Translations under genes and position numbers: made by a program
In this document: positions 18,440 through 25,679 of the stretch, one piece after another
Position numbering within the stretch: the stretch's first letter is position 1
How the letters are laid out: each line of letters opens with the position of its first letter
DNA from: Arenicellales bacterium
Lineage (GTDB): Bacteria > Pseudomonadota > Gammaproteobacteria > Arenicellales > JAJDZL01
Length of the DNA: 64,000 nt
NCBI GenBank assembly: GCA_965220725.1
Contig: OZ244840.1
Coordinates: 1,268,180-1,332,179 of the forward strand
Direction of reading: 5' to 3'
The notes under the pieces: generated by a model
What the model saw: only the letters and a program-made list of their open reading frames with translations
Told to the model about the DNA's origin: nothing
The model's database searches: none

Positions 18440-19255
18440 ACGACGTTAGGTTGACTGATCTCGTTGATGTCGATCAACAGGCATCCGAAATCAACCGAAC
18501 CCTGTGGTGTTGTTTCAGTACGCTCGGGAACAGGTCAGTAAATTCGGCTCGACTGTCACCGCCCATCTAGCGAGCAAAGCGGGTTCAGTTTGTGTCATTC
18601 TCATCGGTTTTGCGTTGAAGCTTTCTAAACGAGTTCCGGCTGAGCTCCGTTACCCGGGCAATCTTCTCCAGATCCATGCCATCTAAAAAAGCTTCGCTGC
18701 AATTTCTACTCGAACCCCTACCCAGCCTTGTTCCCAGCCTTCCTTGCGAAGCTGTTCTGCGGCTGATTGAGTAATCTGTATTTCTCTCCGGATTTCTTCC
18801 CGACCTTGTTCCCGTCCTTCCTCGCGAATTTGTTCTGCGGCTGATTGAATCATCTATCTTTCCTCCGGTATTTCACCTTGCAGATTCAATTCGTCTTCCA
18901 AATTTACTGTCTGTATGGTAAGCACGGACATAACCCTTCCGGTTAGTTCAGCATCCTTGTCGAAACTGGATCAATCCACACTTAATCCAGTCGATCAGAA
19001 ATTCAACAAAGAGTTTAATTCACCAAGGCCTCTCGACAATTTGCGGACTACCGCGGCAAGTTTGTTTTGTCGAGAAAGACGACGCCGATCAATCTCACTG
19101 ATATTAAGCGGCAGGCACTGGAAACTCACCGACTACTGTTCCAGTGTTCCGCACCACCCTTTACGCAGAGCTGGGGGTTGGTTAGTGAACTCGGTTCGAT
19201 TGTCACCGCCCACACATCAAGTCTGGCAGCATCAGCGCCCTAAAGCCTCAACGAC
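18440..19255 (-). pseudogene. Two further, progressively degenerate copies of the rpn 3' segment plus its junction sequence
   Basis: Copy 2 (~18608-19110) keeps recognisable 3'-end homology (gatccatgccatct, ttctgcggctgattga) and the LIDVNEID-equivalent segment (19085-19110), but has stops and an internal 71-bp duplication. Copy 3 is only the segment gatctcgttgatgtcgatcaacagg at ~18445-18494. Junction copies lie at 19110-19255 and 18495-18607. Confidence 0.6.
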
Positions 19256-19654
19256 TTAGTGTTGAAGGCTTAGAACTGCGTCCCGGTTAAGATCAGTTAC
19301 CTCGGCAACCTTCTCCGGGTCCATGCCATCTCGGAGCAGATTCGTTGCGACTTTTACCCGTCCTTCTTGCCGGCCTCTTTTCCTACCTTCGTGCCGGTTT
19401 TCCTCCCAGGCTTCTTCCCTGCCTTCTTTCACACCTTCCTGGCGAAGGAATTCTACGGCTGACTGAAGTATCTGTCTTTCCTCCGAATTTCTTGCTTGCG
19501 CCAATATATCTTCCATGGGGATATCCTCATTACAATCGCTGAAAAGACCAATCATCAACCCGAATGCCCAAGCAAGATCCTCTGGTAGGATAGGTCCTCT
19601 CCGGTCCAGCACCTCCTGCACCAAAGAGAGTCTATCATCGCGCACTTTCGACAT
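19256..19654 (-). CDS. Stand-alone Rpn C-terminal-domain ORF (5'-truncated rpn paralogue, RpnS-like)
   Basis: 132 codons. By eye about 75 percent identical in aa and about 85 percent in nt to residues 197-312 of the adjacent full-length Rpn protein, plus an extra E/G/R-rich insert. Its ATG aligns with internal Met197 of the full-length gene. Homology continues upstream to ~19725 but is closed by stop codons. Confidence 0.6.
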   Translation of the reverse strand: MSKVRDDRLSLVQEVLDRRGPILPEDLAWAFGLMIGLFSDCNEDIPMEDILAQARNSEERQILQSAVEFLRQEGVKEGREEAWEENRHEGRKRGRQEGRVKVATNLLRDGMDPEKVAEVTDLNRDAVLSLQH

Positions 19655-19870
19655 CAAGTGGATTACCGCATTAATGTTGGTGTTCCGTACACGGCCCAGC
19701 CGATCGATCTAACTGACATCTAACGGCAGGTGCCGAAAGTTCACCGACAACTGTGCCAGTGCCCCGTAGCATTTGTTATGCAGAGTTAAGGATAGGTCAG
19801 TGAACTCAGTTCGACTGTCACTGTCCACACACCAAGTTTGGCTGAATCTGCTTCCAAAAGCTTCATCTGT

Positions 19871-20809
19871 TTAGCGTTGAAGTTTTTGAACTGCGTCCCG
19901 GCTAAGGTCAGTTACTTCGGCAACCTTTTCCGGATCCATGCCATCTCGGAGCAGATTCGCTGCGACTTCTTCCCGGACTTCTACCCGACCTTCTTCCCGA
20001 CCTTCCTGGCGAAGGAATTCTGCGGCTGATTGAAGCATCTGTCTTTCCTCCGAATTTCTTGCTTGCGCCAATATATCTCCCTTGGAGATATCCTCATTAT
20101 AATCGCTGAAATAACCAATCATCAACCCGTACGCCCACTCATGATCCTCTGGTGGGATAGTTCCTTTCCGGTCCAGCAACTCCTGCACCAAGGAGAGCCT
20201 TGCCTCGCGCACGTTCGACATCAAGTGGATTACCGTTTCAATGTTGGTGTCTCGTGCAAGGCCCAGCTGATCGATCTCGTTGACATCAATCAGCATGCAC
20301 TTGAAGTTCACCGAATATTCGGTCAGTATCGCCCGAAACTCGTCCGCGAGGTTCTTGTACAGGTCGATGAATTCGACCGGTGTAGTCTTGCGCGAGTTGG
20401 TGGAATCGGCGCGCGGGTCGTACTGAAGCACCACGATCGGAAGAATCGGTGACTTAAAATCGTTCTGCACGTGAATGAGGAACTGATTCCGGGCCACTTG
20501 CCGCAAAAGATTGGAGTCACGGTAGCTTTTGTGCTCGAACAGTAAAATCAGATGTATTACCTCGCCGCTGCCTTTGAGTTCAACGGAAAACACCAGGTCG
20601 GCGAATCTCTCAGGCAAGCCCGGGATTGCGATCTCGGTCGGCTGCAGGCTCAGCGTCGACCAGTCGATGAAGTCGGATAGATTGTCAGGAATACCAATAC
20701 GAATCAGGGTGATGACGTATTCAAGTCTTCGAAAGATGTCCTTGAAGAAACGGTCATGCAGACGTTCGGGGCGTTTGCCGGGTTCAATGGATGTATCAGA
20801 TTCTGCCAT
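19871..20809 (-). CDS. Rpn/YhgA-like recombination-promoting nuclease (PD-(D/E)xK, Transposase_31 family)
   Basis: HDRFFKDIF, FADLVFSVELKG, ILLFEHKS (D...E.K catalytic pattern). The C-terminal variable helical domain ends LLRDGMDPEKVAEVTDLSRDAV. Confidence 0.8.
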   Translation of the reverse strand: MAESDTSIEPGKRPERLHDRFFKDIFRRLEYVITLIRIGIPDNLSDFIDWSTLSLQPTEIAIPGLPERFADLVFSVELKGSGEVIHLILLFEHKSYRDSNLLRQVARNQFLIHVQNDFKSPILPIVVLQYDPRADSTNSRKTTPVEFIDLYKNLADEFRAILTEYSVNFKCMLIDVNEIDQLGLARDTNIETVIHLMSNVREARLSLVQELLDRKGTIPPEDHEWAYGLMIGYFSDYNEDISKGDILAQARNSEERQMLQSAAEFLRQEGREEGRVEVREEVAANLLRDGMDPEKVAEVTDLSRDAVQKLQR

Positions 20810-21131
20810 GTGTCAAACCCTCCTTTGCAGTTTCAATGGCTGTACGAATTGGAATTGGCGGTCGGGTATGATCAGGATCATCCACACCGCAGTCACGAGC
20901 AGTCTCTGCAACCGACTCCAGGTATCAATCAGCAAGGGCGTGATCTGAACCTGCCTTCGGTTGGTCGAAAGCACTGGAAATCCGGATAGTCTGAGTTGGA
21001 TTGGCTCGCCACGTTTCAGGTCCGTGAACCATGGGCGAGCTTTCTCAGCGCTTTCTGCCCTCCGTGAAATTGTATCTAATCTACGACAGGATCAAACACC
21101 TTTATTCAGCGATATTTGATTGGTATCGCGG

Positions 21132-21869
21132 TCAGTCTGTAGTTTCCGCGATCCGTGACAAACCCTGCAGAACGAGATCCGGTATATGCTCAAATGCCCG
21201 GTCGGAGTGCTGCTGCACCAGTGTTGCATCGCCACCGGTGATGAGCAGCCGGGATGCCGGTCCGGTCAACTCGCTGTATCGGTCGATCAGAAGTTCGATG
21301 CCACCGACAGCTGACGACAGTACGCCGCTTGAGACCGCCTCGATCGTTGACCGTGCCGGAATACTGGGTGTCAGCACAGGGACTTCTTCAATGCCTCTCG
21401 CTCGTCGGTGCAGGGATTCTTGCGCAAGCCGGATACCGGGCAGGATGGAACCGCCGAGGAACTCTCCTGCCGAAGACAGGGCATCAACGGTGATCGCGGT
21501 GCCGCAGTCCACGATGATGGTGGCGGTTCGGGTGATGTGCCAGGCACCGATGGCGGCTACCCAGCGGTCAGGGCCCAGCTGACGGGCCTGTCGATAGCAG
21601 TTTCTTACGCCGCATCTTTCGGATTCCGGAATAGCCTCGTCGGCCTGGATGCCCCATGTACTGCGCACCAGCGAGCAGAACCTTTGTGCGGTGTCGTGCC
21701 CGGTGACGTTGACAAAGAGCGCATGAGTCACCTGGTCCAAGGCCTCGAACTGTCTGGAAAAGTTGTCATCGAAATCCGTCAGCGATGACGGGAAGATGCC
21801 GTTTTCGTCGCCGACAGACCACTTGACATTCTGGTTTCCGATGTCAGTGAGCAGATACATGGCATTCAC
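21132..21869 (-). CDS. coaX: Type III pantothenate kinase
   Basis: YLLTDIGNQNVKW, IIVDCGTAITVDA, GGSILPG..L, ATL-type C-terminus. 245 aa. Confidence 0.9.
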   Translation of the reverse strand: MNAMYLLTDIGNQNVKWSVGDENGIFPSSLTDFDDNFSRQFEALDQVTHALFVNVTGHDTAQRFCSLVRSTWGIQADEAIPESERCGVRNCYRQARQLGPDRWVAAIGAWHITRTATIIVDCGTAITVDALSSAGEFLGGSILPGIRLAQESLHRRARGIEEVPVLTPSIPARSTIEAVSSGVLSSAVGGIELLIDRYSELTGPASRLLITGGDATLVQQHSDRAFEHIPDLVLQGLSRIAETTD

Positions 21870-21925
21870 AGTCAGATCACTTGAGTTGGCACAGATGGCA
21901 TTCCGATTGAATCGGGAGGGCAGGA

Positions 21926-23107
21926 TCAGCCGGCCTGCTGCCGGGCGATGTTTAGAAATTCGAGCAGGCCGATGACCTCGGTCTGCGCCGAAGACATGTA
22001 CCGTTTCCGCCCGGGATACACGATGAACTTTCTGGTGGCGCCGATATCCCTGCTGGCTGTATGATAGCCCCTTGATGCCGAGGGTGTGGCGGAGCGTTTG
22101 ATCTCAACCGCCCACAGGTCAGACTGCCCATTCGCCATCACCAGATCAATCTCGGCACCGGCTGTGGTGCGAAAGTAGGTGCACTTCCAACTGTCGGAAA
22201 CACAATTCAGAACGTTCTCGAGTACAAAGGATTCCCAGCTGGCACCGGCTGCGGCATGTGCGAGCAGCGACTTGAAATCCGGGATTTCAAGCAGTTCGTG
22301 GGTGATGCCCGAATCCCGAATGAATATTTTCGGTGCTGTGACCAGGTCTTCGTCAACCCTTCCCGACCAGGGTTCGATCTCGCGTACCATGTAGTGCTCA
22401 ACGAGCACGTTGAAGTAATGCCGCACGGCCTGGTGACTCAATCCAATATGTGCACCGAGCCGGATGAAGTTGACGTGCTGGGAGTGTCGATGCGCCAGCA
22501 ATCGCCACAGTTTGAACATGAACGCCGAGGAAACTTCGGCACCGAGTGACAGGATGTGATGCTCAACATGAGTCTGGATGTATTCCGACCTCCAGCCCTG
22601 ACTGCTGGCTTCGGAGTCAGCGAGATAGCTCTTCGGAAACCCGCCGCGCCACCATAGTCGGTCAACACAGTCTTCTGCTTGCTCGCCGGCACTGATCTCC
22701 AGTGCGTTGAGCGGCGCCATCTGCAGAATGTCGATGTCTGCAGCCAGCGGACGAGCCTGTTTTTGCAACAGTTGCTTTGGCGTCGAGCAGAACAGGAGAA
22801 ACTGCCCAACTGTTTCGCCGGCGCGCGATCGCGAGTTGATCAGCGCTTGCAGCTCATGAAACAGTTTCGGGGCAAGTTGCGCTTCGTCAATGATGACGAG
22901 ATGGTCGTGGACACGCTGTACCTGCAACAGCTTCGTCCAATCCGGGTCCGATGCGAGGTCGATATACGTGCAGGGCTTGGTCCATGTAGTTGCGATTTGC
23001 CGTGCCAGTGTTGTCTTGCCGGTCTGCCTGGGTCCAACTACAGCCACTGCAGGGACCGCACCCAGTGAGCGGAGGATGTCGGATTGGATGTTTCGCGTGA
23101 AATTCAT
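21926..23107 (-). CDS. AAA+ ATPase with a DUF4143 and PD-(D/E)xK-like C-terminal module (COG1373-type)
   Basis: Walker A VVGPRQTGKTTLARQI, Walker B LVIIDEAQ, RGGFP, DUF4143-like LGAHIGLSHQAVRHYFNVLVEHYMV, C-terminal AEIDLV....WAVEIKRS. Confidence 0.8.
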   Translation of the reverse strand: MNFTRNIQSDILRSLGAVPAVAVVGPRQTGKTTLARQIATTWTKPCTYIDLASDPDWTKLLQVQRVHDHLVIIDEAQLAPKLFHELQALINSRSRAGETVGQFLLFCSTPKQLLQKQARPLAADIDILQMAPLNALEISAGEQAEDCVDRLWWRGGFPKSYLADSEASSQGWRSEYIQTHVEHHILSLGAEVSSAFMFKLWRLLAHRHSQHVNFIRLGAHIGLSHQAVRHYFNVLVEHYMVREIEPWSGRVDEDLVTAPKIFIRDSGITHELLEIPDFKSLLAHAAAGASWESFVLENVLNCVSDSWKCTYFRTTAGAEIDLVMANGQSDLWAVEIKRSATPSASRGYHTASRDIGATRKFIVYPGRKRYMSSAQTEVIGLLEFLNIARQQAG

Positions 23108-23154
23108 TGAACAGTTGGCATCGGGCCTGTCATTCAGTCGCCTTGGTTCGTGGT

Positions 23155-24087
23155 TCAGGTAATCTGGGTCAATATGAAAGACAGCGTTGCCAGTGAGATC
23201 ACGGTTGACAGCAATATGGATGCCGAAGTTCGTGCGACGTAGGTATTGTACTGTTGGGCGAGAACAAAAGCGGTGACGGCGACCGGCATGGAGGCGGCGA
23301 TGACTGCGCTGCTTGCCCAGTCCGTGTCAACCGCAAGCAGATGAAACATGGCGAGCCAGATCAGCAGGGGATGAATGGCCAGCTTGATGAAGCTGATGAC
23401 AAACAGCTCGCCATTGAGGAAATTGGCCCGATCCTCAACCATCCGTGATCCCAGTGCAAACAGCGCACAGGGTGCGGCTGCGGAGCCCAGCAGCACAACA
23501 AACCGGTCGGCCACGTCGGGCATTTGCAGGCTGGAAACCGAAAACAGCGCGCCGAGCAATGCGGCAACAATCATGGGATTCTTTACGATGGATTTGAACG
23601 ATGTGGCGAACATCTGTGCAGTACCGGCACCATTCGAGGTGCGGGACCGTTCCAGCAGGAACGAAGCCAGCGGCAACATGACGGCAAGATCAGCCGTGGT
23701 GCAAATGACAACCGGAACACTGGCCTCCGGTCCGAAGGCAATGATCACAAAAGGTAGTCCGAAGTATCCGGTGTTGCCGTAGATGCAGGCGGTGGCAAAC
23801 ACGGCTGAAAAGTCGCGCTGCAGGCGAAACACTGTCCGGGCGATGACCAGCGAGACTGCAAACAGCAGTATACCGACACCGAGCCAGGCCACAATGAACA
23901 TCCAGTGAAACTCACCCCGCAGGTCAGCTTGTGCCATCAGGGAAAAAATCAGTACCGGCAAGGCGAAGTAATACACGAACTGATTGAGACCGGCGCGACC
24001 GGCTGAGTCAATGATCCGAATCCGGGTGGCGAGAAATCCGCAGGCAATGACTGCGAAGAATGGAATTGTGATCAGAACTGTAGTCAT
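23155..24087 (-). CDS. AEC (auxin efflux carrier) family transporter
   Basis: 310 aa, about 10 TM segments. The N-terminus (IPFFAVIACGFLATR...GLNQFVYYFALPVLIF) is typical of the family. Confidence 0.8.
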   Translation of the reverse strand: MTTVLITIPFFAVIACGFLATRIRIIDSAGRAGLNQFVYYFALPVLIFSLMAQADLRGEFHWMFIVAWLGVGILLFAVSLVIARTVFRLQRDFSAVFATACIYGNTGYFGLPFVIIAFGPEASVPVVICTTADLAVMLPLASFLLERSRTSNGAGTAQMFATSFKSIVKNPMIVAALLGALFSVSSLQMPDVADRFVVLLGSAAAPCALFALGSRMVEDRANFLNGELFVISFIKLAIHPLLIWLAMFHLLAVDTDWASSAVIAASMPVAVTAFVLAQQYNTYVARTSASILLSTVISLATLSFILTQIT

Positions 24088-24133
24088 GGGCTTCGACGAT
24101 TGATGGATATTTTAAAACGCGGTTTATACTGTA

Positions 24134-24706
24134 ATGCACAGCCAAGTCAGCAAAAATAATCGAGACCGAAAATTCATGAACTACTGCAGTCTGTGTGGCG
24201 CCACCGTTTCAAAGAGGATTCCAGACGGCGACAATCTCCCGCGCTTTGTCTGTGATACCTGCGAGGCTGTCCACTATCAGAACCCGAAAATCGTCACTGG
24301 ATGCATCATCCGCTGGGAGGATCGCATCCTGCTGTGCCGCAGGGCGATTGAACCGCGCTATGGACTGTGGACGATTCCGGCGGGCTTCATGGAGCTCGGC
24401 GAGACCACGCACCTCGCCGCTGCGCGCGAGACGTATGAGGAGGCACAGGCGGTGGTGCAGATCGATGGTTTATTTGCGGTCTACAACATCCCCCATGTGA
24501 GCCAGGTCTATATCATCTACCGTGCACATCTTGAGGCACCCGAGTTTGCGCCCGGAGAGGAGAGCCTTGAGACCGAGCTGTTTCTGGAACAGGAGATTCC
24601 CTGGGATGAATTGGCATTCCCGGTGGTACGCGCCAGCCTCGTACGCTATTTCGAGAACCTCAAGGTTGATGACACAACACCCTATGTCGACGACATCATC
24701 CGCTGA
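24134..24706 (+). CDS. NUDIX hydrolase with an N-terminal zinc ribbon
   Basis: CSLCG....C..C zinc ribbon, then the Nudix box GLWTIPAGFMELGETTHLAAARETYEEA. The start may instead be the ATG at 24176. Confidence 0.8.
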   Translation: MHSQVSKNNRDRKFMNYCSLCGATVSKRIPDGDNLPRFVCDTCEAVHYQNPKIVTGCIIRWEDRILLCRRAIEPRYGLWTIPAGFMELGETTHLAAARETYEEAQAVVQIDGLFAVYNIPHVSQVYIIYRAHLEAPEFAPGEESLETELFLEQEIPWDELAFPVVRASLVRYFENLKVDDTTPYVDDIIR

Positions 24707-24712
24707 CCGGTT

Positions 24713-25591
24713 TCAGGCTGTCATCTGAAGAAAGCGTCTGGCCAAAGCTTGCGCCCGCTCGAGATAAGCGGTTCCAAACAGGTTCAGATGATTGAGAATG
24801 TGGTACAGACTGTAGGCGGGCTCCCGCTGACGCCAACCAGGTTCCAACATCCAGGATTGCGCATAGCAGTCATAAAAACGGTGGGGAAATTCACCGAAAA
24901 GCCGGGTCATGGCGAGATCTGTTTCCCGATCACCATGGTAAACCGCCGGGTCAAATACCACGGCAATTTCAGGCGCGATATAGCCGCAGTTTCCCCACCA
25001 CAGATCACCGTGGAGCAATGATGGCTTCGGGTTGTGTGATTCGAGGACCACTTCGACGCGCTTGAGAACCTGATCGCCCAAGGCCGTCAGTTCTCCCCTG
25101 TAATGATTGTCGTAGGCGAGGCGGAATTGGTAGCCCAGGCGGCTGTCGCGGAAAAATTCCATCCACCTTTGCTGGAAGGTATTGATCTGACGGGACCCAC
25201 CAATGTAATTGTCCCGGTGCCAGCCATAGTGTGTGCCGGCTGTCCGGTGCATCTGGGCCAACTGTACACCGAGTTCACAATAGTCGGATTTCACCTGTCC
25301 GAGTTCAAGATATTCGGTGATCAGGTAGCCGGTCGATTCCCACTGACCGGTGGCGATGAGATCGGGAACGCGAAGGGTCTTTGTGTTCGAAATCGCCGTC
25401 AAGCCGTCGGCTTCGGCGGTGAGGCAGTCTGGGTTATCACTGAGTTTGACGAAGTAGCGACCGGTTTCGCACTGAAGGACGCAATTTTCGGTGAATGCGC
25501 CGCCGGTGAGTGGCTTGACAGACTTTATTCTCTGTTGGATTTGATTGGAGATTTCAACCCACAGTGCTGATTGAATATCGGTATTATGCAT
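24713..25591 (-). CDS. Fructosamine/ketosamine-3-kinase family protein
   Basis: LLHGDLWWGN, VFDPAVYHGDRETDLAMT.LFG.F. 292 aa. Confidence 0.85.
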   Translation of the reverse strand: MHNTDIQSALWVEISNQIQQRIKSVKPLTGGAFTENCVLQCETGRYFVKLSDNPDCLTAEADGLTAISNTKTLRVPDLIATGQWESTGYLITEYLELGQVKSDYCELGVQLAQMHRTAGTHYGWHRDNYIGGSRQINTFQQRWMEFFRDSRLGYQFRLAYDNHYRGELTALGDQVLKRVEVVLESHNPKPSLLHGDLWWGNCGYIAPEIAVVFDPAVYHGDRETDLAMTRLFGEFPHRFYDCYAQSWMLEPGWRQREPAYSLYHILNHLNLFGTAYLERAQALARRFLQMTA

Positions 25592-25679
25592 GTCATTGCT
25601 AGTTGAACGGTGATCTTCAGGGAATAGTCTAAAATTGACTGTACACCGAATTAATTGATTCCGAGGGAGTAAACTGGGT

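Noticed and set aside
17954-18477. 140-aa and 91-aa minus-strand ORFs between gcvH and the Rpn array
   Set aside because: No motifs and an odd composition. The 91-aa ORF merely begins with the degenerate LIDVNEI-like stub of the Rpn repeat (MIDINEISQ). This is most likely non-coding remnant DNA. Left unannotated.
19180-19215. tRNA 3'-end-like motif (ggttcgatt) in the Rpn array junction, considered as an att site of an integrative element
   Set aside because: The flanking bases cannot form a T-stem (ctcgg against gtcac). There is no acceptor stem or CCA context, and no integrase is nearby. No tRNA gene was recognised anywhere in the window.
18440-20809. Tandem repeats considered as a CRISPR-like array
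   Set aside because: The units are about 615-646 bp of degenerating coding sequence, not short identical repeats with unique spacers. There are no cas genes.
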